Shown: positions 31,353 to 41,515 of the stretch, in pieces
Numbering within the stretch: the stretch's first letter is position 1
How the letters are laid out: every line of letters begins with the position of its first letter
Assembly: GCA_963790025.1 (NCBI GenBank)
Contig: CAWBMP010000004.1
Coordinates: 1 to 64,000, forward strand
Direction: 5' to 3'
DNA: 64,000 nt
From: Nitrospirota bacterium
GTDB taxonomy: Bacteria; Nitrospirota; Thermodesulfovibrionia; Thermodesulfovibrionales; Dissulfurispiraceae
Made by a program: the position numbers and the translations under genes
Notes under the pieces: model-generated
The model's input: only the letters and a program-made list of their open reading frames with translations
The model's database searches: none
What the model was told of the DNA's origin: nothing

Positions 31353-32194
31353 TGTCTGTTAGTTCTCCGCGCCTTCCTGCCGGACACCACGAGGTAGACA
31401 AATAAACTCAGGATCAAAAAGGCTATGATACCGCCCGAGATTTTCAGGATATTAAAAAAAGCTTCTTGCCCTTTAGGCTGGTGAGGGAAGCAATATGCCA
31501 GGGCCCTTTTTATGCTGAACCCGGTCTTGCCTTTTGCCGCATCCTCAATCGCAAGAGAAAGGTCAAACTGCTGGAACGAGACAGGGTGAGGCAAGGAGAA
31601 GTCGTCGCTTGCAGTATAAACATAACGGACAATCTTTCCTTCACGTGAGAGCACGACAAGCGCAGCAGGATGCGAAAAACCGTGGATATCTTCTTTCCTT
31701 ATGGTGAATCCCACAGCATTGAGTACTTTATTAATATTTTCACTGTTGCCGGTGAGGAACCTCCACGAATTGCCGGGGAAAGCAGGGCCGAGGAATTTGA
31801 TATAATTCTTTTTTGCGTCACGGGCAACCCCGGGTGTATCATCCGGATCAAAACTAATGGTAATTAATGAATAGTCTTTCCCGGGCACGAGCTTCATCTC
31901 CGCGACGGCCCCGGCAGTAGCTCCCAGCAATTGCGGGCATATGCGGTCACAACCGAAGTAGACAAGACTTAAAACAACAGGGCCGTTAAACAGTTGCTTC
32001 AGTGCTGTTGCATTGCCCTGTTCATCATAAAACACCGCATCGAGGGGAATAATTTGTCCGGTCCGCTCATTGATCCCCACATCACGTGTCTGGCCGCCAA
32101 CGCCGACAGATCCGGCAGGCAATTCCTCATGCCCCCAGGCGATTGGGGGCAGGGTAACGCACGCGACAATCATTACAATCAGCAGTCGCCGCAT
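31349..32194 (-). CDS. SCO1/SenC copper chaperone
   Basis: YFGCDRICP, WRFLTG, conserved His. Confidence 0.88.
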   Translation of the reverse strand: MRRLLIVMIVACVTLPPIAWGHEELPAGSVGVGGQTRDVGINERTGQIIPLDAVFYDEQGNATALKQLFNGPVVLSLVYFGCDRICPQLLGATAGAVAEMKLVPGKDYSLITISFDPDDTPGVARDAKKNYIKFLGPAFPGNSWRFLTGNSENINKVLNAVGFTIRKEDIHGFSHPAALVVLSREGKIVRYVYTASDDFSLPHPVSFQQFDLSLAIEDAAKGKTGFSIKRALAYCFPHQPKGQEAFFNILKISGGIIAFLILSLFVYLVVSGRKARRTNRQ

Positions 32195-32201
32195 ACCGGA
32201 T

Positions 32202-32528
32202 TTATTTAAAGGTCTTCAATATATATTTGGCAATCTCCTGCGCCTCGTTATCAGGTATTGTTTTCGTGTCGAACTTTGTCATACTGGGGCCGGGGTTCCG
32301 CATTATTTTAACTATGTCGGCAACGGTCTTTACATTATTAGCTTCACGAGCGCTCCTGGTAAGCGGCTTGGCGGGATTTACAATATTGCCGCCGCCGGGA
32401 TGGCATACCGCACAGTGCTCCTTGAATTCCGCTTCTCCGGATTTGCCTTTCCCATCCGAACATGCCGTATTCACGCCGTACAGACATACCATTGCCGCAA
32501 CCGTAACTGCTCCCATAACAAATCTCAT
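32202..32528 (-). CDS. Monoheme cytochrome c (c6-like)
   Basis: Signal peptide, CAVCHPGGGN, PGPSM. Confidence 0.88.
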   Translation of the reverse strand: MRFVMGAVTVAAMVCLYGVNTACSDGKGKSGEAEFKEHCAVCHPGGGNIVNPAKPLTRSAREANNVKTVADIVKIMRNPGPSMTKFDTKTIPDNEAQEIAKYILKTFK

Positions 32529-32581
32529 CTTTTATTACCTCCGTATATATAGAATTACCCAAGTTGAGCGATTATGTATGC

Positions 32582-32905
32582 TTATTTTCCTGTTCCGTAT
32601 TGCATCGACAAATATTCTACGATAATTTGCGTGTCCTTTTCATTAATAGGCGCTCCAAAAACCTTTATCATCTTGTTTACCGTGGCCGTCCACTGGGCAC
32701 GAGAGAGTTCAGGCTGAGTAGTAATGTAGTCCAGACTGTGGCACATAAAACAATATATCTCTACCTTGGGCCTGCCCTCCCCCTGCTTAATTTCAGTCGT
32801 GATATCAGGGAGTTGGATAGTGTGTATGCTGTCCGCAGCGCCTGCATAAGCAAAACCCGCCATGATTGCCGAAACGAGTAATGAACCGAGAACAATTTTT
32901 TTCAT
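32582..32905 (-). CDS. sorB: SorB-like monoheme cytochrome c
   Basis: CFMCHSLDYITTQP, W...V.KMI.VFGAPI. Confidence 0.75.
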   Translation of the reverse strand: MKKIVLGSLLVSAIMAGFAYAGAADSIHTIQLPDITTEIKQGEGRPKVEIYCFMCHSLDYITTQPELSRAQWTATVNKMIKVFGAPINEKDTQIIVEYLSMQYGTGK

Positions 32906-32914
32906 GCCGGCCTC

Positions 32915-34105
32915 CTATTGTATCACAACTTCCGTTTTTTCAATCTTATTCCACAAATATCCGGCCGGATTCCAGAGACCCTCAAAAGGCTGGGACTCAC
33001 CGATGCTATTGGTAGCCCTCGCCATTAACGAATACCTCCCCGGTTTCGCCGGTCTCCATGAATAAAACCACTGAATCCATGAGTATTTTCCCTTATCCTG
33101 TCCCAAAGCGGCCTCGCCCCAGGTCTTCCCGCCATCTGTTGATACGATCACATCCTTGATGCCGTAGCCGCCTGAAAACGCTATTCCCATAATCTCAACA
33201 CGCATGTTTGCTTTCAGTTTGGTCTTATCTGCAGGATCAATTATTAATGACCTGGTCGTCATTTTGTTGATTGGAACGCTTTTCTTAGGTATCGTACCGG
33301 GAGGTATGCAACCGCAGGGAGTGTCGGGAATCCTGTAAGCTGTTTTCATCCAGAATTCCTCGAATGGTTTTTGGAGCACCAGTATATCACTGATACATTT
33401 AACCCAATAGGTAGCATACCATCCTGGAACTATAAGCCTGGCAGGGAAACCGTTAAGCATGGTAAGCGGCTTGCCGTTCATTTCGTAAGCGACAATAATG
33501 TCCTCTTCCAGGGCCTTATCGACCGGAAGGCTTTTCACAAAATCGGGGACCTTTGGAAGGGGTGGCTTATCAAGACCGTTAAATGAAATATCAACCGAGC
33601 CCGCCTTTATACCGGCTGTGCCTAGAATGTCTTTCAGACGCGCACCGGTCCATGTCACATTTCCCATGGCACCGTTTCCCCACTGACCGCCGGCAACCCT
33701 GGGCTCGGAGAAACTGCGTCCGTTGCCTGCACATTGTATAACAGCCGTATAGGCCACCTTCTCAAACTTCTTTAAATCATCCATGGAAAGGTGCAGCTCC
33801 CTCTCCGTATTGCCGCCGACATTGAGCCGCCACTGGGCCAGGTCAACAGAAACGGGAATATTGGCAAGATGCCACCTCACGAAGAGCGCTTCATTGGGCG
33901 TGAACATCTGCTTAAAGTAATGCAGTGGAGTTTCAAGCTGAGGGGGACGGGAAGTAAGCAGGATCATGTCCGTCTTCTCAGGGAACTTTGCCATTCTCAT
34001 TTCGGATGAGAAAAGGTCCGACGGGACATCACCGAGAGCCGCAAGAGCAGCGGCCGCGCCGGCAGTCTTTAAAAAATCTCTTCGTGAAAACCCCTTGCTC
34101 TTCAT
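32915..34105 (-). CDS. sorA: Tat-exported sulfite-oxidase-family molybdoenzyme (SorA-like)
   Basis: SRRDFLK, RPPQLETP, FVRWH, QCAGNGR, NGFPARL.VPGWYA. Confidence 0.8.
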   Translation of the reverse strand: MKSKGFSRRDFLKTAGAAAALAALGDVPSDLFSSEMRMAKFPEKTDMILLTSRPPQLETPLHYFKQMFTPNEALFVRWHLANIPVSVDLAQWRLNVGGNTERELHLSMDDLKKFEKVAYTAVIQCAGNGRSFSEPRVAGGQWGNGAMGNVTWTGARLKDILGTAGIKAGSVDISFNGLDKPPLPKVPDFVKSLPVDKALEEDIIVAYEMNGKPLTMLNGFPARLIVPGWYATYWVKCISDILVLQKPFEEFWMKTAYRIPDTPCGCIPPGTIPKKSVPINKMTTRSLIIDPADKTKLKANMRVEIMGIAFSGGYGIKDVIVSTDGGKTWGEAALGQDKGKYSWIQWFYSWRPAKPGRYSLMARATNSIGESQPFEGLWNPAGYLWNKIEKTEVVIQ

Positions 34106-34141
34106 CCCTTCACCTCCTGATAAGATGAGGTATCAAATAGA

Positions 34142-34516
34142 TTATTCTTCGACAATTATTTTCCCCGTCATGTCTTCATGCCCATCACCGCAGAAGATGT
34201 CACAATGAAATTCATAGATACCGGCCTTTTGCGGTACTATGTGCACGCTGGAGACTTTTCCGGGAAAAATATCGGCCCGGACTCCCAAATCAGGGCAATT
34301 AAATCCATGCAACCTGTCCAATGAACTTAATTCCAAAACAGCAGGTACCCCCTTCTTCAGTCTGATTTCATTAGGCGAGTATTCAAACTTCTTCGCCATA
34401 ATTTTGATCGTTTGTTCTGCCTGATTTTCCGCAAATACGTTTACTGCAATGAATGTTAAAAGAAAAATCAGGATTAAGCCGACGGTTATCTTCGCTCTGT
34501 TTGTTCCTGATCTCAT
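34142..34516 (-). CDS. Soluble CuA-type cupredoxin
   Basis: DRLHGF, HCDIFCGDGHEDM. Confidence 0.85.
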   Translation of the reverse strand: MRSGTNRAKITVGLILIFLLTFIAVNVFAENQAEQTIKIMAKKFEYSPNEIRLKKGVPAVLELSSLDRLHGFNCPDLGVRADIFPGKVSSVHIVPQKAGIYEFHCDIFCGDGHEDMTGKIIVEE

Positions 34517-34521
34517 TTTAC

Positions 34522-35415
34522 CTACCCTTTCGTTAGTGGAAATTCGGTGAGTAGATATTCCGCTTTTTTAACCCGGGCCTCCACGCTGCGGTATCCCAGC
34601 CCTTTATATGGCTCCGCAGGGTCCCATGGAATTGCCACGCGCTTGGGGACAGAACCCGGAGCAGGCAACGGGAACATAAGACCTTTGGCAGCATGATGTG
34701 GGATATTTCCTGTCATATGATGATTTTCCTGGTGAATATGACCATAGAAAACCGTTACGTATTTATAAGGCGTGAGAAGTTCTACAGCCTTGGCCCCGTC
34801 ACGGGTCCACCAATCCCACTGAGGATACAAATCAAAAAGCGGGCGGTGCGTAAAGACCACGATCCGCGATTCTTTATCGAGAGGTTTCAGGGCCTCGCTT
34901 AACCATTGCAGCTGGGCGTCTCCGATGCTTGAGGTCGGGTCTGAAACATTATCTATGACTATGAAATGCACTCCTTTGTGGTCGAAAGTATAATGGGTCT
35001 TGCCGAAAAATTCCTGAAATGCTTCGCCGTTATCGAGCCCGGCATCATGTTCTCCAGGCATGAGCTTAATGTTTTTGACCTTGAGTTCGCCGATAATATC
35101 ACGGACTTCGGTCATGCGTTTTCTTCTTTCCTTGGGATCGTCCGTAGTATGTGTCAGATCGCCGGTGAACATGATGAAGTCCGGCTGAGATTCAAGGCTG
35201 TTAACGGCCGCTATAGCTTTTTTCAGAGTACCTGTTGCATCAGGGTTGACTTTCGGGCCTGTAAATCCCCAGTGTGTGTCCGACATTTGGACGAACATGA
35301 AATCGTCCTCTCCCATTTTTCCACTGGCAGCACCAGCCAGATGGTCCGGTCCTAATACAAGCACGGCGGTGCCGAGTCCCGCCAGCTTTAAGAAATCTCT
35401 TCTGTCCAATCTCAT
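34522..35415 (-). CDS. Tat-exported metallophosphoesterase
   Basis: DRRDFLK, SDTH, TGDLTH, GEHD, GHIHQ. Confidence 0.9.
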   Translation of the reverse strand: MRLDRRDFLKLAGLGTAVLVLGPDHLAGAASGKMGEDDFMFVQMSDTHWGFTGPKVNPDATGTLKKAIAAVNSLESQPDFIMFTGDLTHTTDDPKERRKRMTEVRDIIGELKVKNIKLMPGEHDAGLDNGEAFQEFFGKTHYTFDHKGVHFIVIDNVSDPTSSIGDAQLQWLSEALKPLDKESRIVVFTHRPLFDLYPQWDWWTRDGAKAVELLTPYKYVTVFYGHIHQENHHMTGNIPHHAAKGLMFPLPAPGSVPKRVAIPWDPAEPYKGLGYRSVEARVKKAEYLLTEFPLTKG

Positions 35416-35579
35416 AATATCCTCCCTGTCTGGGCTTATCGAAGGAATGCTTCACGTAATAGAATAAATATCATGTTACGGGACGGTTGTCAAGAAGGAG
35501 TGAATGAGTATATGGGTAAATGGGTGAATGGGTGAATGGGTAAGAAGACTTTTTATTACTCATCCACTCATACACTCAT

Positions 35580-36689
35580 TTACCCATTGAGCGATATATA
35601 AAATGTCTGTCCCTGCCTCTTTATTAAAAAGAGCAATGAGTTTCCATGCTCAGCCTTATTCAGGGCAGCATTAAAATCACGCGCATTATTGACCGGCAAG
35701 TGGTTCAGCTCTTTTATGATATCACCGGATTGCAAGCCAGCCTCATCGGCAGGGCTTCCTGGCACAACATCACCTACCAGTGCTCCCTCGCTCCCTTTTA
35801 ATCCAAAGGACTGGACCATGTCAAGCGATAGATTTTGAATGGAAACGCCTATCCATCCGCGGACCACTTTACCCTTGTCTTTCAGCTGAGAAATAATTGT
35901 TTTTACAACACTGCTGGGGATAGCAAAGCCTATACCCTGCCCTGAGGCCACAATAGCAGTATTGATGCCGATGACCTCCCCTTGCAAATTCACCAGCGGC
36001 CCGCCACTGTTGCCCGGGTTAATCGGCGCATCGGTTTGTATAAAATTATCGTAAAGGCCGGCGCCGATCACGCGGCCGGTTGCACTGATAATGCCCTGGG
36101 TGACCGTGTGTTCGAGACCGAAGGGGTTGCCGACGGCAAGCACCCAGTCGCCGACCCTCATTTTATCGGGATCTCCCAATGTGAGAGTCGGCATATCCCT
36201 GAAAAGTGAGGATATCTTTATAAGTGCAAGATCGGTTTTCTTGTCCCTGCCGATAACCTTGGCCTTAAATTCCCTTCCGTCGGAAAATTTCACTTTAATT
36301 TCTTCAGCCCCCTCAACGACATGATTATTCGTCATGATATAGCCTTCCTTATCAACGACAAACCCTGAGCCGAGGCTCTGCTGTTTCATCTCCCTGTCGG
36401 GGATATCGCCGTAATATTTCTTGAAAAAATCTCCAAACGGTCCTTCGTCCTCACGCCCGAAAAAATGCCTGAATGGATTGCCGGGGACCCTGACGGTTGA
36501 GGTCGTGCTTATATTTACAACCGCAGGACTGACTTTTGCCGCAACATCAGCGAAAGATTGCGGGAAGCCTATTACACTGCCAGGACCGCTTTGCACGTTT
36601 ACGCGCCCCATTTTTGAACCGATAAGAATTCCAATAGCAACCAGCAAAATGCCGCTTACAATTATTAGCACCACGAGCTTTCTTTGCAT
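35580..36689 (-). CDS. HtrA/DegP-family protease with a single, apparently chimeric PDZ domain
   Basis: TNNHV, DLAL, GNSGGPL. Confidence 0.9.
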   Translation of the reverse strand: MQRKLVVLIIVSGILLVAIGILIGSKMGRVNVQSGPGSVIGFPQSFADVAAKVSPAVVNISTTSTVRVPGNPFRHFFGREDEGPFGDFFKKYYGDIPDREMKQQSLGSGFVVDKEGYIMTNNHVVEGAEEIKVKFSDGREFKAKVIGRDKKTDLALIKISSLFRDMPTLTLGDPDKMRVGDWVLAVGNPFGLEHTVTQGIISATGRVIGAGLYDNFIQTDAPINPGNSGGPLVNLQGEVIGINTAIVASGQGIGFAIPSSVVKTIISQLKDKGKVVRGWIGVSIQNLSLDMVQSFGLKGSEGALVGDVVPGSPADEAGLQSGDIIKELNHLPVNNARDFNAALNKAEHGNSLLFLIKRQGQTFYISLNG

Positions 36690-36838
36690 AATACCCCCCA
36701 AAGGACGACACTATAAAATAATAGGAAATTATTGATAATTATTCAATAAGCGCCCGATCGCAACCAAACGCCCGTTACTTTTAAGGGCTATTATTGATAT
36801 ACTTAAACAGGAAACAGTTCATTTTGAAAGGTCAAAAA

Positions 36839-38953
36839 ATGACAGAGACAGTATCTCCTGTTTTTTTTCTCAGGCGACTGGCGATAGGTGTGCTGTTGGT
36901 CAACCTTTTCATAATTGCCCTGGCCGGTATTGCGATCCACCAGAGCCGTCTTCAGTATGAAGAGCGGGCCACGATTACAACCCGGAACCTGTCACAGGTT
37001 TTGGATGAGTACTTTAATGGAGTAATCGCCAAGATCGATGTGGCACTGCTGTCAGTGGTGGACGAAGCAGAGAAACAACTGGCACGCGGCGGCATTGATA
37101 GGCAGGCTATTAACTCATATATTATTCGACAGCAGGCACGCATCCCGGAACTATACGGTTTGCGGATGACCAATGCAAAGGGTGACGTCGCTTACGGGAT
37201 GGATTTGGCGCCGGGCGTAAACGTCGCTGACCGTGATTACTTTATCCGCCCGAGCAATGACTTGAAAGTAGGACTTTTCATATCCAAGCCGGTATTTGCC
37301 CGCACCACCGGAAAATGGGTGATCAATTTTGCCCGCCGTTTCAATCGCCCGGATGGTTCCTTCGCCGGAGTTGTATTCGGGATGATTACTCTGGAGGATT
37401 TTGCCAGGATGTTTTCCCGGATTAATGTCGGCAAACACGGGGCTATCATGTTGTTCGACAGTGATCTGGGTGTCATCGCCCGTTATCCGGAGCCTCAGGG
37501 AATAGGCAGCACCATCGGCAAGAAGTTCACATCAGCCGAGATCCGGGGATTGTTTGAAAGGAACCAAACTTCAGCAACGTATAGGGCCCATGGCACTATT
37601 GACGATATCGAGCGAATATTTTCCTATCGCAAGATTGCTGCCTATCCCCTCTATGTACAGGTCGGATTGGCCAAGAGCGACTATCTTGGGGAGTGGCATA
37701 ACGAAATTGTCAAGATGTTGGCCCTGGTGGCACTGTTTTTCCTGGTTGTGCTCTGTTTGGCATGGTTGCTCTACCGTTACATTACCGAACACAAGAAACT
37801 CGAAGCTCAACTCATTCAATCACAGAAAATGGAATCCGTAGGACTTCTTGCCGGTGGGATAGCCCACGACTTTAACAATATTTTGAGTGGGATGATGGGC
37901 TATGTGACACTGCTTCAGATGAAATCAAAAGAAGGCGACCCTGCAAGGCAATATTTGAACCAACTGCTTTCGCTTACGGAAAGAGCGGCAGCCCTTACCA
38001 GGAGTCTCCTGGCGTTCAGCAGGAAGCAGATACTGGACATAAGGCCGACAAATCTTAATGATATAGTCGGCATGGTTGGGAAACTCCTGTCCAGAGTGAT
38101 AGGTGAGGACATAGAGTTAAACCTGAAGCCTTCAGATAAGGATGTAGTGGTAAATGCTGATGCAGGGCAGATAGAGCAGGCCTTGATGAACCTTGCAACG
38201 AATGCCAGGGATGCCATGCCTGAAGGAGGCACATTGACCGTAAGCACGGGACCTTTTGAAATGGATAATCACTTCATAAACATGCATGGATATGGGAAGC
38301 CGGGTAAATATGCCCTTTTGATAGTACAGGACACCGGTATGGGAATAGATGAGGAGACAAGGAAGAAGATATTCGAACCCTTTTTTACCACCAAGGGAGC
38401 AGACAAAGGCACAGGACTTGGACTTGCGATGGTATACGGGACAATAAAGCAGCATGATGGATATATAAACGTTTATAGTGAAGAGGGCAAAGGGACAACA
38501 TTCAAAATTTATTTGCCGGCGATTGAGGCTGAAGCGGCGGAAGAAAAGACCGTGGACAACATCCCCCGGAGAGGCGGTACAGAGACAATACTATTGGTTG
38601 AAGATGAAGCATCATTGAGACAGGCGACAAGGAGCATACTGCAAGAATTCGGATATAGGGTAATAGAGGCGGAAGACGGGAATGACGCGGTGAACAAGTT
38701 CGCGGAACACAAGGCAGAGATCAAGCTTGTGTTAATGGATGTGATAATGCCGGGGAAAAGCGGCAAGGAGGCATATCAGGAGATGCAGAAAATACAGCCT
38801 GACGCGAAGGTCATATTCACCAGTGGGCATACAGGAGACATGCTGACAAGCAAGAAAATAGCTGAAGAAGGTTTACATTTTATTTCAAAGCCTGTTTCAC
38901 CAAGAGAGCTTTTCGAAAAAATCAGGGACGTGCTGGACAAAAGAAAAGATTGA
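36839..38953 (+). CDS. Cache-domain hybrid histidine kinase
   Basis: Two TM helices, [25 protein letters not shown], receiver domain. Confidence 0.92.
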   Translation: MTETVSPVFFLRRLAIGVLLVNLFIIALAGIAIHQSRLQYEERATITTRNLSQVLDEYFNGVIAKIDVALLSVVDEAEKQLARGGIDRQAINSYIIRQQARIPELYGLRMTNAKGDVAYGMDLAPGVNVADRDYFIRPSNDLKVGLFISKPVFARTTGKWVINFARRFNRPDGSFAGVVFGMITLEDFARMFSRINVGKHGAIMLFDSDLGVIARYPEPQGIGSTIGKKFTSAEIRGLFERNQTSATYRAHGTIDDIERIFSYRKIAAYPLYVQVGLAKSDYLGEWHNEIVKMLALVALFFLVVLCLAWLLYRYITEHKKLEAQLIQSQKMESVGLLAGGIAHDFNNILSGMMGYVTLLQMKSKEGDPARQYLNQLLSLTERAAALTRSLLAFSRKQILDIRPTNLNDIVGMVGKLLSRVIGEDIELNLKPSDKDVVVNADAGQIEQALMNLATNARDAMPEGGTLTVSTGPFEMDNHFINMHGYGKPGKYALLIVQDTGMGIDEETRKKIFEPFFTTKGADKGTGLGLAMVYGTIKQHDGYINVYSEEGKGTTFKIYLPAIEAEAAEEKTVDNIPRRGGTETILLVEDEASLRQATRSILQEFGYRVIEAEDGNDAVNKFAEHKAEIKLVLMDVIMPGKSGKEAYQEMQKIQPDAKVIFTSGHTGDMLTSKKIAEEGLHFISKPVSPRELFEKIRDVLDKRKD

Positions 38954-38961
38954 TCTTCTAA

Positions 38962-39126
38962 CTATTCCTCCAGCCCTTTATTTTCTTCCCAGCCCTTACC
39001 GTAAATATACTTTTTACCATCCATCTCCACCTCGATGCGTCCGGAGCCGGTCCTTGGCCGCTCGGCAGGAGGGGAAAGCTGTTCGGCGGGGAGATCGAAA
39101 AGAAAGCTGCCCTTAAAACCGACAAA
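38962..39126 (-). pseudogene. 3' remnant of an unknown gene, cut at a RAYT end repeat
   Basis: Open 54-codon frame FVGFKGSFLFDLPAEQ...KGLEE* with no start; abuts the repeat at 39137. Confidence 0.4.
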
Positions 39127-39136
39127 AAATGTTAAA

Positions 39137-39352
39137 AAATGGGACGGTTCTATTTTCCTTCACTTTTCTTTATACTTAAGCAATATCTCGATATATCTCT
39201 CATAATCCCTTTCATCTTTAAATATGTTCTGTCGATTGTTTCCTCTCGTCAGAACATGATATATATGCTCACTCGGAGCTATACGTGCTGTTCTCGACAT
39301 TCTGAAATGTCACCGCCACCCCGCTCATCTCGAAAATAGAACCGTCCCATTT
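39137..39352. mobile_element. Internally deleted RAYT (Y1 transposase) element with 20-bp terminal inverted repeats
   Basis: AAATGGGACGGTTCTATTTT at 39137-39156 and its reverse complement at 39333-39352; minus 39300..39160 encodes MSRTARIAPSEHIYHVLTRGNNRQNIFKDERDYERYIEILLKYKEK*. Confidence 0.8.
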
Positions 39353-39412
39353 ATCACGAAATGAACTCACCATAGAAGAATTCTGAATTATAAAGCACGT
39401 TAAGCCTTCTTT

Positions 39413-39691
39413 TTATTCCGGCCACAGTCTGGCTCCATGAAAGATTCTCAGAATCTGAATAACATTATTCTTTACTCTGTACGGGATAATGTACGGGAGT
39501 CCTGAAATTACAATCTCCCTCGTTCCGTCTGCCCTTCCCAGCTTCCCCATATTTGGCTGGTCGCTCAAAAGTTGTACTTTTTTTTTAATATGCCGAGCAA
39601 CATCATTTGCCGCACGCGGATTGTCCTGCGCGATATAACGCCTGATTTCTATCAGATCCGATATTGCGTCCCCCGTCCATTTTATTTGCAC
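39413..39691 (-). CDS. RelE/ParE-family toxin
   Basis: IKWTGDAISDL, YIAQDNPRAA, GTREIV..LPYIIPYRV, RIFHGAR. Confidence 0.9.
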   Translation of the reverse strand: MQIKWTGDAISDLIEIRRYIAQDNPRAANDVARHIKKKVQLLSDQPNMGKLGRADGTREIVISGLPYIIPYRVKNNVIQILRIFHGARLWPE

Positions 39692-39951
39692 TTCGGGACT
39701 TCCTTCTCTTTTCTTGATCCCCATGTATCAAGCCATGAAGCGACTTTCTCATGGTCAACGAACTCAGCTCCGGGCTGGTCAGCCTTATGAATGGTTTTCA
39801 ATGTTTCCTGAATCTGCCACTCATTGATTGAAAGGAAATCCTGAATAGCGTTTGCCACAAGGTACGACTTACTGCGATCTGTTGCTTTTGCGAGTTTATC
39901 AAGTCTGTCTTTCGTTTGACTGTCAACCCTAATGGTTAATGTTGTGCTCAT
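39682..39951 (-). CDS. CopG/RHH antitoxin
   Basis: TLTIRVD...RLDKLAKATDRSKSYL; overlaps the toxin. Confidence 0.88.
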   Translation of the reverse strand: MSTTLTIRVDSQTKDRLDKLAKATDRSKSYLVANAIQDFLSINEWQIQETLKTIHKADQPGAEFVDHEKVASWLDTWGSRKEKEVPKCK

Positions 39952-40060
39952 GTCTGTCCTCCTTTCGCCTTAGTTAATCACATTGTAACACATACAGCTA
40001 TTATGTGTACAAATGATATTCTTCTCCTCCTTGAATGTCAGATTAACGTTAAATGGCGTT

Positions 40061-40420
40061 AAATGGGACGGTTCTATTTTTCTTAATTTTTTTCCTTCCT
40101 GGGCCGCCCTTTCCTCCGTATAATCTCTTCAAGAGCAAATCTCTTCTGTAACATAGCTACGAAAGCCTCGTTCCCATATACTGCTTTCCGCTCCATTGCA
40201 CCTTTCATTGCCTCTTTTTCCGTAAGCATTCTATCCCTATCATCAGCGTGGTCATATGTATAAATAAAAATAAATGGGACAGCCTGACGGTTCTATTTTC
40301 TTTTTTTGTCATTTCCCTTTGGTCTCTCTTTTGACTTTACCTCCCCCCCAACCTCAAACCTCTTCCCTACTTCCTCTATGAAATCTTTGCTTCCGTTTCT
40401 TGAAGTGGAAACGACAAACT
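40061..40420 (-). mobile_element. Two tandem RAYT 3'-end relics, each with the end repeat
   Basis: Repeat at 40061-40080 (exact) and 40272-40299 (8-nt insertion); 40229..40083 encodes MLTEKEAMKGAMERKAVYGNEAFV...KGRPRKEKN*; second relic GSKDFIEEVGKRF. Confidence 0.65.
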
Positions 40421-40458
40421 GTCGGATGTCTGTCAGATCAAGTTTTGGCAACTACATT

Positions 40459-40737
40459 TTATCCAAACAAGTCTGAATGACTGCCGGTGCGGACAAAGGT
40501 AATCTCTCGCATATCTTCGTCCATCTTATAAGGCAATATCCAGTCCGGCTCTATATGGCAGTCTCTATGCTTTTTCAAATTACCAGCGAGGGAATAGTCA
40601 TGATATCTTCTTTCAAGGGGGAAGCTGTCGATAAGTTTTCGTACAACAGTCTTAAGTTTCTCCATGTCCTTATTGCCGGCCTTCTCAATTCTCTTGATGT
40701 CCTTTTTGAATTGTCTGCAATAGCGGGGTTTCAGCAT
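40459..40737 (-). CDS. yafQ: YafQ-family mRNA interferase toxin
   Basis: FKKDIKR, RDCHIEPDW, RTGSHSDLF. Confidence 0.9.
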   Translation of the reverse strand: MLKPRYCRQFKKDIKRIEKAGNKDMEKLKTVVRKLIDSFPLERRYHDYSLAGNLKKHRDCHIEPDWILPYKMDEDMREITFVRTGSHSDLFG

Positions 40738-40739
40738 CC

Positions 40740-41000
40740 CTATATGCCCAGCTTTCTGAACATATCCTCAGCGTCCTGACATTCTGTAAGATCCCGTCTA
40801 TTTTCAGCGTCCCTCATAGCCCTCAGAGTGGTTTTGTTGGGTATTTTTACATCAAAAGGCAAACCCTTGCGCAGCCTCACCTGCGACAGAAACAAATTTA
40901 TTGCCTCTGTTGTGCTAATCCCCAGCTTGTGCAATACTCTTTCAGCATCAGTCTTTAACTCAGGGTCAACTCTCATCGTTATCATTGCTGTCTTTGCCAC
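40740..41000 (-). CDS. dinJ: RelB/DinJ antitoxin
   Basis: RVDPELK..AE.VL..LGIS..EAI, GLPFDV..PN..T. Confidence 0.9.
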   Translation of the reverse strand: MAKTAMITMRVDPELKTDAERVLHKLGISTTEAINLFLSQVRLRKGLPFDVKIPNKTTLRAMRDAENRRDLTECQDAEDMFRKLGI

Positions 41001-41220
41001 GCGGCACCTCCTTTTATGTTTTTATTGTATCACGTTGAGATATACACTTTTAAAGTCTGGTCCGAGATATCATAAAAATGGAATAACATGTTACAGGTGA
41101 AGCGTCATTCCGCTGCGAAGTTGCTGAACGACGCATAGAACTAAACCGCGGGTTATGGCGATTCAATCTTCCGCTTCCCACCCTTGTCTCTAAAGGAGCG
41201 GATTTTGACCCCTTTTGTAT

Positions 41221-41469
41221 TACTTTGGTTCTGTCAGACAAAAAGGAAGTAGTCATAGAATATATAAAACACCATGGCATGGGGATCCACGGATCAATAT
41301 TCAAAATGACAAAGCTAAAAGCCAGGGGCTATCAGGTAAAACAAGTGTTTAAAGCTGCGGAAAGTTTGTGGTCCGCGTTGCTCCGGAAACACACAGATTG
41401 CTTGCTATCCAATCTGCTGAAACTGGAGTGAGCTTGAATCGTCTTGTCTCCGCCAAAGTGAGTCGGTGA
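41221..41469 (+). pseudogene. Deleted and frameshifted hicA-hicB relic
   Basis: YFGSVRQKGSSHRIYKTPWHGDPRINIQNDK/YQVKQV joined directly to SCGKFVVRVAPETHRLLAIQSAETGVSLNRLVSAK. Confidence 0.75.
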
Positions 41470-41471
41470 GT

Positions 41472-41515
41472 CCCCCCATCTCCAGCACAGAGATGGGGGC
41501 TGTTTAGTTTTATTC
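41472..41515. terminator. Hairpin downstream of hcp
   Basis: CCCCCATCTC / GAGATGGGGG. Confidence 0.65.

Noticed and set aside
39139..39339. + strand 66-aa ORF
   Set aside because: Antisense shadow of the RAYT fragment and its inverted repeats
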